A stretch of 64,000 bases of DNA, taken from Octopus sinensis. Taxonomy: Eukaryota. The stretch covers positions 46,190,001 through 46,254,000 of the forward strand of contig NC_042999.1 in the NCBI RefSeq assembly GCF_006345805.1, written 5' to 3'. This document shows, piece by piece, positions 13,670-26,271 of this stretch. The notes below the pieces were generated by a model. It saw only the letters and a program-made list of their open reading frames with translations. It was not told where the DNA came from and made no database searches. The stretch's first letter is position 1, and every line of letters starts with the position of its first letter. The translations under genes and the position numbers were made by a program.

Positions 13670-13945
<276 letters not shown>

Positions 13946-14117
13946 CCTCCCTCTGCCTCTCTCTTTGTCTATATATCCTTCTCCTTGTCTCTGGTTCTTC
14001 TCCATACACTCTCCCTCACTTCCTGCTTCTTTCTATTCCTCATTCTCTCTCCTCTCCATCTCTATCTGTTCTTGTCTCTAACTTCTCTCTAGTTAAATCT
14101 GTAAACTACTACTACTG

Positions 14118-14186
<69 letters not shown>

Positions 14187-14350
14187 ATAATATAACAATC
14201 ACAATAATTATGACGATGATGATGACGAAGATAATTTCTTTTATTAGCCATAAAGGCATAGATGAAGGGGACATCACAAGAACTGTTTGTTAATTCAAGA
14301 ACTTTCGTACACACACCACACACACACTCACGCACATACACACACACGTG

Positions 14351-14385
<35 letters not shown>

Positions 14386-14401
14386 TAAATAATAATAATA
14401 A

Positions 14402-14665
14402 TTAACTGGTACATCAGACGTATTGAGAAGAGCATTAACTGGTACATCACACGTATTGAGAAGAGAAGAGCATTGTCGATGTGAGAACTGTTGCTGCTCA
14501 TGTATTTTAATTTAACTTAAAAAAAAAAAAAATTAAAAAAAATGAACGAACTACTGAGTTTGGTTTAATGGCCTACCAATGTATGCTATAAGTTTCTTTG
14601 CCCTAGGAGTCGGGAAGACACTCAGCAAGAAATGGAAGCAAATTTGAAAGAAGAAAAAAAAAGTA
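14402..14665 (+). mobile_element. More severely truncated copy of the second Dong-like lineage, with a duplicated ~33-bp 5' segment
   Basis: Near-identical to 22845-23053; aactggtacatca(g/c)acgtattgagaagag occurs twice at the 5' junction; flanked by TAA repeats. Confidence 0.85.
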
Positions 14666-14764
14666 GTAATAATAATAATATAAATAATATATAAATATAT
14701 GCAAATATACATACATATATGTACATACCTACACATATATATATATATATGTATATATACATGC

Positions 14765-14947
14765 ATATATGGGTACAGGACATCAAAAAAACATTGAACA
14801 CAATGAGAAATGAAAACATAAAAACAAAAACATAGAAGCGAACTTTTTTTTCGAACAACGAAAAATAACAAACAAACAGAGAAACGAGACATGCAACATA
14901 AAGAATATTCCCCTTCTTCAGTTGTCCCTGTTTCATCTACTCCGCGT
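14765..14947. repeat. Unclassified interspersed repeat, copy 1
   Basis: Homologous to 61237-61400 (atatgggtacaggaca..attccccttcttcag..gtttcatctact). Confidence 0.75.
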
Positions 14948-15539
14948 TAACTTTTACAAGGAAAGGCTTTGATAGTGACACCGATGTTTTGCCAGTCACT
15001 TTGTCAGGCTACCACAGTTTGTCAAAGCCAACAACCGGAAAAAACTTCGATGTCACTATCAATACTTTTCTTGTAAAAATAAATGCTATAATCCACTTAA
15101 TGTAATGACTTTTCCTTTAATTAATGTTCGACTATTTTTATTGATAAAATTATACAAAAAATGTAATTAATACAATCTAAAAGTTTTTTGTGCATTTTGA
15201 TGTTGACATAAGTTCCTTGCTTTTCCTGATGAGAAAGCGGCATAATGTACTCCTCATTCCTTCGCAATTAGGAATATGCAGCCTTCGAAACATATGTCGA
15301 AAATAAAGGAATTTTGTTAATTCGTCGTTCAACTCCATTCTTTCATATATTTATATTTTTAAAATAAACATACAAATTTCCACACGAAAGTACGTAATCT
15401 ATGCCCTAGGCACGTAACTTCAACCGTGTTTTTTCTGATGTGAATTTGCTACCCAGGTATCGGTTAATTCGAATTATCCATAATAAGATAATTCATTCAA
15501 CTACTCAAATATACATACATACATACATGCATACATACA

Positions 15540-15573
<34 letters not shown>

Positions 15574-16497
15574 CATACATACAGCACAAATACAATCTGT
15601 AAGTGGCACAGTAAAAATATGCAAGACCTTTCTCAAGTTAAAAGTGTGAAAATTGTTTTCGTTATTTACATTCTAACGATAGAGTTTTGTATCTTTGTAA
15701 AAGACTAGCACCTTTTTCAGAGGAGAGATAAATACCCGCCACTTCCAGCATCGAGACCACTTGATCACGTGATTTCGACCTTCCTTGGTCTTGTCAATGA
15801 CGGACGCTCGACCGCAAGAGATAGTTGCAATTCATCCTTAGTATAGTTTTTTTTCTAACAGAACATCCACGTTTAAGTGGGGATAAATATTATTTCTCAG
15901 TATTAATGCTGTCTCTGTCACTTGTATGTATGTATGTATGTATGTATATATGTCATTTGAAGACATTCATTTTAGAGTCAATAAGTAGTGCTTGACTCTA
16001 AGTCTGAATCTGAGCGTCAAGACGCGCAACAAGAATTTTGTAAAGTGACTCATAAGGCTAATGATAAATTAAGTACCAGTTGCTGGTACTTAATTTATCG
16101 ACCCCGAAAGGATGAAAGGCAAAGTCGACCTCGGTGGAATTTACAATTACGTATATTATAACTAATAAAATATTTTGATCAAAATTAGTTCAAAATTGTT
16201 TGGTATGTTCCACAGTGCCATTTTTTAAATGTGTTTGTTGCCCTTAACTTTAGAACTTGGATACGCATCTGGCCCTCTGAGATCAAACCCCAACATGGAC
16301 AGCTTTACTTTTTATCTTTATGAGGTTGATATTAAATAGGGCCAATCCAAGGTAATGTATTAGTAAAGCAGTAAGAACATTGGAGTTCAAATCACGCTGT
16401 GGCCTACATAGATGGTGGGTATAATCCAGTGCCCGGTTTAATGCCACCACCTTGCTCTCCAATGTTGCCTTTAACGAAGTCCACTCTATTGCATAGT

Positions 16498-16800
16498 GGA
16501 GGCACATGGCCTAGTGGTTAGAGCAGCAGACTCGCGGTCGAAGGATCGCGAGTTCGAATCTCAGACTGGGCGATGTGTGTGTTTATGAGCGAAACACCTA
16601 TGCTCCACGCGGCTCCGGTAGAAGGTAATGGCGAACTTCTGCTGACTCTTTCGCCACAACTTTCTCTCACTTTTCCTCCTGCATCTAGCAGCTCACCTGC
16701 GACGGATCGGTGTCCCATCCATGTGGAGAACCTATACGCCAAGGAAACCGGGAAACCAGCCCTTATGAGCCAGGCATGGCTCGAGAAGGAACAAACAAAA
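16498..16800 (+). mobile_element. SINE-C (head GGAGGCGCAATGGCCCAGTGG) with V-domain-like tail
   Basis: A box TGGCCTAGTGG, B box GTTCGAATC; homologous to the 25957 copy. Confidence 0.85.
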
Positions 16801-17149
16801 CAACTCTATTGCATGCATTATAACCAGGTCTTCCCAATTCCTCCAAGCAGCAGTCTCTGGTGCCTTGTAAAGGGTCACAGGTACTGATTCTAAAGCAGTC
16901 CATGGGCAAACTTCCACCTGTGGGACTTTCTGAATGCCACACCTTACGAAATGGATTGCCCACGCCTGCTCTAAAGTAAAAAATCAAAACATAAGTTGAT
17001 TCTCTCCCCACTCACCCCTCTCTCTCTCTCTCTCTCTCTCTCCTCTAGAATCGACTACGTTGTCTAGTGACAAGAGTCACTCTTTCTCCAGGTCTAGAGA
17101 AGGGCTGACTGAGAGAGCAAGCAATATTTTCTCGAAGGAAAGCTGAAGT

Positions 17150-17572
17150 TATGCTGTTGAATATCCCCTGGGACGAACAAATGTGTAACAGAACAGAAAT
17201 TAAGAAACTGTAATAAGATGTAAGGGAGATAACTGCTGTCGAAATATGCCTTTTGATCTTAAATATTTAAAAATCAGATACTGGGGTGTATCAGACTGGA
17301 CAGCCTTGATAAAATTCAGCACTAGGGCCCATCAACATTAACAGCATCCAATAAGTGAGAGCAGCGAAGGAGTGCTTGAAGAGTTTCCGATGACCTGGAT
17401 AAAATATTGAAACAATGCAAATCTCAATGAAACACTGTCTTTGAAGAAAACTCCAAGGTTAAGGTGAGAAGATAGCGAGGAAAGCATAGCAGATCTAAAT
17501 GGACTAAGCATCTGCAATGAGAGAAGAGAGAGAAGATGATACAAGGTCAAGAGCTAACACATCACGGTAATA
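17150..17572 (+). mobile_element. Old LINE fragment (AP-endonuclease, RTE-like)
   Basis: Remnants LIKFSTRPINI, LEEF.DDLDKILKQCKSQ and GLSICNEK; heavily decayed. Confidence 0.45.
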
Positions 17573-17582
17573 CCTGTGTAAA

Positions 17583-17975
17583 GGCGGCGAGCTGGCAGAA
17601 ACGTTAGCACGCCGGGCGAAATGCTTAGCGGTATTTCGTCTGCCGTTACGTTGTGAGTTCGAATTCCGCCGAGGTCGACTTTGCCTTTCATCCTTTCGGG
17701 GTCGATAAATTAAGTACCAGTTACGCACTGGGGTCGATGTAATCGACTTAATACCTATGTCTGTCCTTGTTTGTCCCCTCTATGTTTAGCCCGTTGTGGG
17801 TAATAAAGAAATAGGTATTTCGTCTGCCGTTACGTTCTGAGTTCGAATTCCGCCGACGTCGACTTTGCCTTTCATCCTTTCGGGGTCGACAAATTAAGTA
17901 CCAGTTACGCACTGGGGTCGATGTAATCGACTTATTACCTATGTCTGTCCTTGTTTGTCCCCTCTGTGTTTAGCC
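17583..17975 (+). mobile_element. SINE-A head-to-tail dimer
   Basis: Same junction as at 7.76 kb; 10-bp TSD cctgtgtaaa at 17573-17582 and 17976-17985. Confidence 0.9.
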
Positions 17976-18238
17976 CCTGTGTAAACATTTAAAAAAAAAT
18001 TAAATTATGCACTTAAAAATGTACCGCAACTCGATTAACAGCGATAAGAAAAGATTATGTTTTTGTTATAGAACAAAGTTCGATTGATGGAATTGAACTA
18101 ACAATAACTAACTTAACCAGCAAGCCTGTACAAATTCGGTCGACTTGTTACAAATAGTAGCTAAATTTCTCTTAAATCACATTACAAAACCTCGTACAGC
18201 TTACTGTCAATGTAATCGACTAGCTCCCTCCCCAAAAG

Positions 18239-18543
18239 ATGGCTTAGTGATTAAGGGTAATCGACGTACGAATACGTTCGTGAGTTCGATTTCCGGCGGT
18301 GAGTTGTGTCCTTGAGCAAGACACTCCATTTCACGTTGTTCCTGTCCATTCAACTGTCAAAAACGAGTGGTACCTGTAATTCAAAGGGCCGGCCTTGTCA
18401 CATTCTGTATCACGCTGAATCACTGTTACGGGAACGGGAGTATCTGTGGAGTGCCTCAGTCACCTGCATGTTAATTCCACGAGCAGGCTGGTCTGTTGAC
18501 TGGATCAATCGAGACCCTCGTCGGCGTAACTGATGGAGTGCCA
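18239..18543 (+). mobile_element. SINE-D (tccttgagcaagacact core)
   Basis: tRNA-like head (GGCTTAGTG, GTTCGATTTCC); homologous to the 63430 copy. Confidence 0.8.
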
Positions 18544-18560
18544 GTGTATTCTACATCCAT

Positions 18561-18793
18561 TACTCTTTACTCTCTTTTACTTGTTTCAGTCATTTGACTG
18601 CGACCATGCTGGAGCACCGCCTTTTAGTCGAGGAAGTCGACCGTAGGACTTATTCTTTGTAAGCCTAGTACTTATTCTATCGGTCTCTTTTGCCGAACCG
18701 CTATGTTACGGGTACATAAGCACTCCAGCATCGGTTGTTAAGCGATGCTGGGGGGGGGGACAAACACAAACACCCAAACACAAACACACACAC

Positions 18794-18826
<33 letters not shown>

Positions 18827-18990
18827 GACGGGCTTCTTTCAGTTTCTGTCTCCCAAATCCACTCACAGGGCTTTGGTTGGCTCGAAGCTATAGTAGAAAA
18901 CACTTTGCCCAAGGTGCCACGCAGTGGGACTGAACCCGGAACCATGTGGCTAGTAAGCAAGCTACTTACCGCACAGCCACTCCTGCGCCT
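18561..18990 (-). mobile_element. SINE-B, full length
   Basis: Reverse-strand match. Confidence 0.9.
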
Positions 18991-19173
18991 ATAATTTCAT
19001 GTTTCAGTAGCAATGTCATTATATATAAAAGTTACAACTACTGATATAGATACCCAGAGAAGTAAAAAAGAATAATTGCTGAAAAGGCACCCGTTATGAA
19101 AAAATGGTGCTCCGGGGCGCCGGGGATGGGTCACTCTCCTTGCTTTCTTGTTAGCTATGTTACTGCAGAGGGT

Positions 19174-19315
19174 GAGGTCGACTTTGCCTTTCATCCTTTC
19201 GGGATCGATAAATTAAGTACCAGTTACGCACTGGGGTCGATGTAATCGACTTAATCCATTTGTCTGTCCTTGTTTGTCCCTTCTGTGTTTAGCCCCTTGT
19301 GGGTAATAAAGAAAC
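19174..19315 (+). mobile_element. SINE-A, 5'-truncated
   Basis: Body and tail match the family consensus seen in the window. Confidence 0.85.
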
Positions 19316-19347
19316 ACATATGCAGCCAAGTCTGTGATCTGACATTT

Positions 19348-19490
19348 TAACACAGTAATAAGCAAACTGTGGTCCATAGAATTTTCTGAGTGGCACGCGG
19401 GACATTCCGAGAAGCATGCAAGACTTCCTGAGTGACATGCCAGACTTTTTGAGTGACATGCAGGACATTTTGAGGAATATCTGAGCCAGA
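19348..19490 (+). mobile_element. hAT/Charlie-like end with five 21-bp subterminal repeats
   Basis: CAGTAATAAGCAAACTGTGG-like terminus followed by repeats of about gactt..tgagtgacatgc; no partner end found. Confidence 0.4.
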
Positions 19491-20344
19491 TATGGCCAGT
19501 TTAAATACTAAAGGGTTAACATGTGATCGGATCGCTCCAGTGAACTCCCGAGATGGCAAATTTTTGGAACTCTCTTATACTCCTTGGATTTCAACCTACC
19601 ATGGTTTTTTTTTTTTAGAAACGAACTATTTTGATATATTTTTAATTGAGGTGTAAGAATTTTTTTTTAGTCGATTGATATTTTTTTAGTTTTGTAGTCG
19701 CTTGAGAGATTTTATCAATTCATTCTTATTACTTATTTTAGTTAATTTTTATATACCTTTTCTTGACACGCGTTTCTATATATGCATTCCTTTTATATGC
19801 TGAAGAGTGGAGGCGTCACAAACCGTAAACAATAAAAAAATACGAAGTATGAGGACAGAATATGAACATGTTTTACAAGTATCGAAAGAAACAATATATA
19901 TATAACATAAGGGACATCAGCCATCTGAATGTGGCTAGGGACAGGGCAGGGCGGTGGGGGTGTTACTGATGCATTTAGCCCCAGGCGATCATCAACGTCA
20001 CCAGGAGGGCTGACACCATCACGGTGTCCTCTAGCCTGCAAAGGGAGATCATATATATCTTCTATTTAGATTTTAAAAGAACTCCCTAAATTTGTGAACT
20101 TGCAAGTTTTTCATTTAAACTTAATTTAAAGTAATACCATATTGGTAGGGTACTAATAAATGCTTTATTATTATTGCTCTCTTTAGTCTTGGGTCGCAGG
20201 CCTAATTAGCTCTCCGCAGGAGCTAACATGAAAGTCCGCACGGAGTTTGGCTTTTAAGCTAGTATATATGTATATATATATATATAATATATATATATAT
20301 ATAATATATATATATATATTGTTAATGTCTCATTTATACCTGCT

Positions 20345-20408
20345 TTATATGACTAATGGGTTAAATGAGACATACCTGTCTTCACGGCCGAAACAGCTGT
20401 CAGATATG
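20345..20408 (+). ncRNA. Degenerate hammerhead-like remnant
   Basis: CTAATGG ... gagaca/tgtctt hairpin ... cGAAAC-AGCT-GTC with palindromic ACAGCTGT; the core and stem I are damaged. Confidence 0.35.
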
Positions 20409-20580
20409 ATGTAATTGTATTTTCTATTTCTATTTCCATGTCTAGTTATATTTGCAATTTATTATGTATAATGTCATTGCTGTTATGTAATGGTTTAATA
20501 AAGTATTGATTGGGTATTATCTGATGGTTGATGATTGATTTAGGTATGTTTCTCCATTTTCTCATTTTGTATATATATAA

Positions 20581-20691
20581 TATTTACCAGAAGTAACAGA
20601 GTAACTCAAGGTCAAAGAGTTTCGTGCGTTATGTCTTTCCATACGCACAAATCTCTCGGACCTTGAGTCACTTTGATACTTCTGCTAAATA
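20581..20691. mobile_element. MITE-like hairpin (almost wholly palindromic)
   Basis: tattta.cagaagta.ca.agt.actcaaggtc ... gaccttgagt.act.tg.tacttctg.taaata. Confidence 0.6.
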
Positions 20692-20888
20692 TTAATAACA
20701 ATATGCATAAGGGAAAGGAAAATGTTTAAAATACGTTAGAATTACATAGGTATGGTGTTCATAATGTGTAATTGTCCTTAGAGTCATGTCTGTTTTTAAT
20801 AGAGTAAAATAAAAGTATATTTTTTTTTTAAAAACAGAGCAAAAGTATGAAAGACTTTTCTGAAGTTCAAAATAAGAATCTGCTTTTG

Positions 20889-21127
20889 AAGGCGGCGAGC
20901 TGGCAGAAACGTTAGCGCGCCGGGCGAAATGCTTAGCGGTATTTCGTCTGCGTTACGTTGTGAGTTCAAATTCCGCCGAGGTCGACTTTGCCTTTCATCC
21001 TTTCGGGGTCGATAAATTAAGTACCAGTTACGCACTGGGGTCGATGTAATCGACTTAATACCTATGTCTGTCCTTGTTTGTCCCCTCTGTATTTAGCCCC
21101 TTGTGAGTAATAAAGAAATAGGTATTT
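20889..21127 (+). mobile_element. SINE-A, full length
   Basis: Head, body and tail, ending aaagaaataggtattt. Confidence 0.9.
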
Positions 21128-21449
21128 ATATTCCCAAGATGGAACTTTGCAACTCTGTTAGAAACCTTTAATTGTAAGCAAGCGTGATTTAGAAACAAAC
21201 TTTAAATGGTATCAAGGAGATTTAGATCAAAAGAAAGAGAGAGTGAGATGAGAGGAGAGAGGGTAGAGGAGAGGAGGTAGTGGTAGCAATGATCTAAACC
21301 AAAGTCATAGTTAAATATTTCCTCTCCGAAGAAGATAAATATTTGTGAGTGTGTGAGTAAAAATAAACAGTTTGACCTCACATGCATTCCGATATAAAAG
21401 CTCACACAAAGCTATTCACATATTCACAAACCTTCAAAAGCAGACTCAG

Positions 21450-21486
<37 letters not shown>

Positions 21487-21530
21487 GACTACGACGACGA
21501 CGACGACGACAATAATGATAATAATAATAA

Positions 21531-21730
21531 GAGAAGAGCATTATCGCTGTGAAAACAACATCCATTCATGAATTTACGTATTTATTCATTATCATTTTTA
21601 AAATACATATTTTACGTATGAATTTGCGTGTGTATTCTGGGAATGCATACAATGAGCTTCTCTGCTCTAGGTGTACGGAAAACACCCGGCGAGAAATAGA
21701 AGAAAATTTGAAGAAAGAAGAAAAAAAAAA
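21531..21730 (+). mobile_element. Extremely truncated Dong-like element, third lineage (last 7 codons + 3'UTR)
   Basis: RRALSL* directly after (TAA)n; the 3'UTR contains the shared 33-nt hairpin and an aaatttgaag tail like the second lineage. Confidence 0.7.
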
Positions 21731-21984
21731 TAATACACATACTACAAGCAGTAATACAGCAAAAGATTTCACGTCATCACAAGAAAAAAAAGTCTAACAA
21801 TACATTACCCCTGGGTAGTTTGCTTAATCATCAACAAGAGCAAAGAACACGCCACAGCAACACAGAAGTGTTGTAGGCGATGTAGTAGAAATTTGCCTCG
21901 AATTACTAAATGTTGAACAACTATGTAATAATAATAATAGTAATAATAATGATAATAAAAAATTTAAAAAATAATCCTTTCTAC

Positions 21985-22580
21985 TGGAGGCACAAGGCCT
22001 TAAAGTTGGGAGGAGGGGACTAGTCTTTTACATCGACCCCGGTACACAACTAGCACTTAATTTATCGAGCCCGGAACGATGAAAGGCAAAGTCGACCTCA
22101 GCATTTTTCCCGGCCAAAAGAATCAAATGCTTCGCAGTATTTCGTCCTTTCTACTATAGGGAGAGGGCCTGAAATTTCGGGGTAAGGGTTAAGCTGATTT
22201 CACCGACCTCAGTGCTCAACTGGTTCTTATTTTATCGACCTCTAAATGATGAAAGGCAAAAGTCGACCCCGGTGGCATTTGAACTCAGAACGTGAACCAC
22301 AGGTGAAATACTAAGAAGCATTTTGCCCGGTGTGCTAACGATTCTGCCAGCTCATCGCCTTAATAATCCTTTCTACTATAGGCACAAGGCCTGAGATTTT
22401 TGAGGAGGTTGGTAGTCGATTACAACGATCCCAGTGTGTAACTGGTACTTAATTTATCGATCCCGAAAGGATGACAGTCAAAGTTGACCTCGGCGGAATT
22501 TGAACTCAGAACATGGCGATGGGTGAAATACCGCTAAGCATTTTGCCCGGCGTGCTAACGATTCTGCTAGCTTGCCGCAT
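21985..22580 (-). mobile_element. Cluster of three SINE-A copies with the alternative tail (..gtgcctatagtagaaaggattatt)
   Basis: Reverse-strand matches to the head and body. Confidence 0.75.
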
Positions 22581-22640
22581 TAATAATGATAATAATAATA
22601 ATAATAATGATAATAATAATAATAATATTATTGTGATCAT

Positions 22641-23052
22641 AATATCTCAGCGAAAGAGTTTGACAAGCTCAGAAAATATAAAGACCTACTCATTGAAATT
22701 GAGAAAATGTGGCATCTCAAGGCGGTTACAATACCAGTGATCGTAGGAGCACTAGGAATGATCAAGAAGGGAACCGAAAATTATATGAGAATGATCCCTG
22801 GCTTACCATCCCTGCAAGAAGTGCAAAAGATTGTCTTAACTGGTACATCACACGTATTGAGAAGAGCATTGTCGATGTGAGAACTGTTGCTGCTCATGTA
22901 TTTTAATTTAACTTTAAAAAGAAAAAAAAAATGAACGAACTACTGAGTTTGGTTTAATGGCCTACCAATGTATACTATGAGTTTCTTTGCCCTAGGAGTC
23001 GGGAAGACACTCGGCAAGAAATGGAAGCAAATTTGAAAGAAGAAAAAAAAAA

Positions 23053-23053
<1 letters not shown>
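22641..23053 (+). mobile_element. 5'-truncated Dong/R4-like element, second lineage, in (TAA)n
   Basis: Translates NISAKEFDKLRKYKDLLIEIEKMWHLKAVTIPVIVGALGMIKKG...LRRALSM*, homologous to the C-terminus of the 52108 ORF; TAA arrays on both sides. Confidence 0.88.
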
Positions 23054-23089
<36 letters not shown>

Positions 23090-23114
23090 TAATAATAATA
23101 ATAATAATAATAAT

Positions 23115-23320
23115 TTCTACTGAAGGCACAAGGCTTTGTGGGGCAGGGACTAGTCGATTACATCGTCCCCAGCATTTCACTGTTAATTAATATATCGACC
23201 CCGAAGGGATGAAAGTCAAAGTCGACCTCGGCAGAATTTGAACTCAGAACTTAGCACCAAATGAAATACCACTCAGCATTTCGGCTGGTGTGCTAACGAT
23301 TCTGCCAGGTTGCTGCCTTA
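23115..23320 (-). mobile_element. SINE-A, alternative tail
   Basis: Reverse-strand match. Confidence 0.75.
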
Positions 23321-23339
23321 AAAAAACAAAACCGGGCTG

Positions 23340-23600
23340 TGTGTTGTGTTCCTGAGCAAGACACTTTATTTCACGTTGCTCCATTTCACTCAGCTGTAGA
23401 AATGAGATGCGACGTTACTGATGCCAAGCTGTATCAGCCTTTGCCTTTCCCTTGGATAACATCGGTGGCGTGTAGAGGGGAGGCTGACATGCATGGGTGA
23501 ATGCCTGTCTTCCATAAACAACCTTGCCCGCACTTGTACCTCGCAGGGTAACTTTTCCAGTGCAATCTCATGGTCATTCATAAACGAAGGGGCTCTTTTT
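23340..23600 (+). mobile_element. SINE-D core with a different tail
   Basis: Shares cctgagcaagacactttatttcacgttgctcca..cactcagctg, then diverges. Confidence 0.6.
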
Positions 23601-23749
23601 ATTTCCTTTTAATCATGATTTATTTTTGCAATACATACAGGCGAAATCTTCCGTATTCACATTGCATCTCACTTGGAGTTTTAGCTCAGACAAAATTGTT
23701 GAGATTCTAAAAACCAAAGCTCCGCTACAACTGCGCCCGATTCTGACTG

Positions 23750-23783
<34 letters not shown>

Positions 23784-23874
23784 CCTACACATTCACATGA
23801 GAAGAGAGGAAGTAGCTGCCAGAGAAAGAGAGGAGAGGTGGGTGGAAGGAAGTAGGTGTCAGAGGAAGAGAGGA

Positions 23875-24230
23875 GAGGGGAGGAGGGTTAGATGAAGAGG
23901 AGAGTTGAGCCTATGTGGGGTAAAGGAGCGAAGAGAGAAGATTAATCTCTGTTCGCGGCGAAGACGGCCCCTGTGCAAGGACAATCCGAACACAGACAGG
24001 TGTTGCAAAGAGTAGAGCGGAAATGGCGCGAGACCGGGGTGCCATTGCCGAGTCGGATGTCTCGGAGGTGTTCCGCGAACCGGTCTCATTTGCCCGAGAA
24101 GGGTTGAGAGATCAGGAGATGCAGTAGATGACATTGGTAGAAGTGCAGGTGAAGGAGTCGGTGATATGATAGGGTCGATGATGTGTGCCGATGAGGAGGG
24201 TCGTGTTAGAGAGGCAAGGGCAAGTGCGAC
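23875..24230 (-). mobile_element. Penelope-like element fragment, GIY-YIG endonuclease
   Basis: Frameshifted translation FTCTSTNVIYCIS...DRFAEHLRDIRLGNGTPVSRHF...EQRLIFSLRSFTPHRLN. Confidence 0.8.
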
Positions 24231-24231
24231 A

Positions 24232-24275
<44 letters not shown>

Positions 24276-24624
24276 CCTTTTACTTGTTTCAGTCATTAAA
24301 TTGCGGCGATTCTGATACACCGCATTGAAGAATGTTAGTCAAATAATTTGAACAGAGTACTTAGTTTTTAAACCTAAAATTGAGGCAGCCCACCGGCGCG
24401 AACATTTCCATTCATGCACGGGAAGGGTTGCATCACCTCCTACCTAAAGGATTTTGACCATGCAGTAATAGTTTTGGAGGGAAATGCAAAGTCAATAGTT
24501 TTGAGTGGACATCATGTATATATAAGTTCAGTAAAAATTTAGATTCAGTTGAATATGGTACTTAAGTTAAAGGCACCAGAATTTAGTATGGTATTATCCA
24601 TATAACTCAGAATGGGGTGATTAT

Positions 24625-25065
24625 AATCAAAATGAGCAACAAGGATATCCAGAGGTAATGCAGTACGATCGTTTCATGCGACTCCATTTAATTGAACAAT
24701 GCAATCATTTCATTACATCAATTTAAAATGTAGAGCAATCTTCAGCTGCATGCAAATATAGAATTTAGTTAAATTTAAAAGATTCATTTCTTTAGTTATT
24801 CCATTAGCCAAAACCACAAAATAACTACTATGTTTTTGTTGATGAAACTTGTTTCTCTCTCTACCTACTTATCCTATTTTTGATTTTGGTTAATGGAATA
24901 ACTATAAAAAGGAATCTTTTAAATTTAACTAAATTCTATATTTGTATGCAGCTGAAGATTGCTCTACATTTTAAAACTGATGTAATACTCGCATTGTTCA
25001 ATTAAATGGAGTCGCATGAAACGATCGTACTGCATTACCTCTGGATATTCTTGTTGCGTATTTTG

Positions 25066-25068
<3 letters not shown>
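24625..25068. repeat. Foldback element: ~195-bp inverted arms around a ~50-bp spacer
   Basis: 24625-24824 is the reverse complement of 24875-25068, with long perfect stretches. Confidence 0.9.
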
Positions 25069-25121
<53 letters not shown>

Positions 25122-25370
25122 ATATATACATACATACATACATACATACATACATACATACATACCATTGTGTGAGAGAGAGAGAGAGAGTTTAGGGAAT
25201 AAGTTTCCAGGTCGATACAGTTGTAGCTCTCAGCGATGTTCCAGGTTACGGCCAACCGCATCGATTAGTATTTAACATCTATGACTACTAGGAGTTGTCA
25301 CTCACGCTGTAAATTTCCCCGTGTTCACTTCGATGGATGGTAATATATTCTCTATCGTTATAATTATTGA

Positions 25371-25416
<46 letters not shown>

Positions 25417-25760
25417 ATACATACATGCACACATACGTGAATAAGCACAAGTTTATACTAAAGTGTCTATGTACAATTCACCATTACGGTTGTTTGGAGT
25501 CCTGCGATAGTTGTTCCAAATGCCTACAGATGCTCAACCACAGCAGATCCTTAGGGAACACTTTATTTATATGCGCGCGCGCGTGTATGTGTGTGTGTGT
25601 GTCTAAGAGACAGAGAGAGTATGTATGCGTATGTGTGTGTGTATGTGGATTCTTTGTTTCACATCTAATTCTCTAACTATTTCTCTTTGACAATGAATTT
25701 CTCTACAGTTATATAATTGTTTATGCAATTTGTTATTGGTTTTCTTTTCTTTTCATTTAG

Positions 25761-25856
25761 TGCTTTTGGGGTTTAGTCGAAGAGTTGACTCACTCAGAAG
25801 TAGTGAACGACATCAAGAAATACTCTGGTTCCAAAGAGTACAGACAATGGTGTATG
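25761..25856 (+). CDS. PLEKHM1: Coding exon, RUN domain (CFWGLVEELTHSEVVNDIKKYSGSKEYRQWCM)
   Basis: Acceptor ttttcttttcatttag, donor ATG|gtaagt; 96 nt, phase 0 to 0; FWxL..TH motif. Confidence 0.85.
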
Positions 25857-25956
25857 GTAAGTCTTTAAGATTTAACAGTTTATTTTAAATTTATTAAAGC
25901 AAAAAAATGATATTATGCCCCCAATAACATAATATTCATTCTTAATACGTACCATC

Positions 25957-26271
25957 GGAGGCGCAATGGCCCAGTGGTTAGGGTAGCGGACTCGCGGTCG
26001 GAGGATCGCGGTTTCGATTCCCAGAACAAGCGTTGTGTGTGTTTATTGAGCGAAAACACCTAAAATCTCCACGAGGCTCCGGCAGGGGGTTGTGGCAACC
26101 CCTGTTGTACTCTTTCGCCCCAACTTTCTCTTACTCTTTCTTCCTGTTTCTTGAGTAACGCTGCGATGGACTGGCGTCCCGCCCAGCTGGGGAGAACACA
26201 TACGCCACAGAAACCGGGAAACCAGGCCCATGAGCTTGGCTAGGCTTGAAAAGGGCGCATAAATAAATAAA
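25957..26271 (+). mobile_element. SINE-C, full length
   Basis: 13-bp TSD aatacgtaccatc at 25944-25956 and 26272-26284; (AAAT)n tail. Confidence 0.92.

Noticed and set aside
16498-16575. tRNA gene (also other A/B-box heads)
   Set aside because: No proper cloverleaf or acceptor stem; each continues into a SINE body present in many copies.
19910-20010. C/D-box snoRNA or HDV-like ribozyme
   Set aside because: The C box lacks the purine and the k-turn geometry is off; the HDV L3/P1 pairings do not fit; it is antisense to the host gene.
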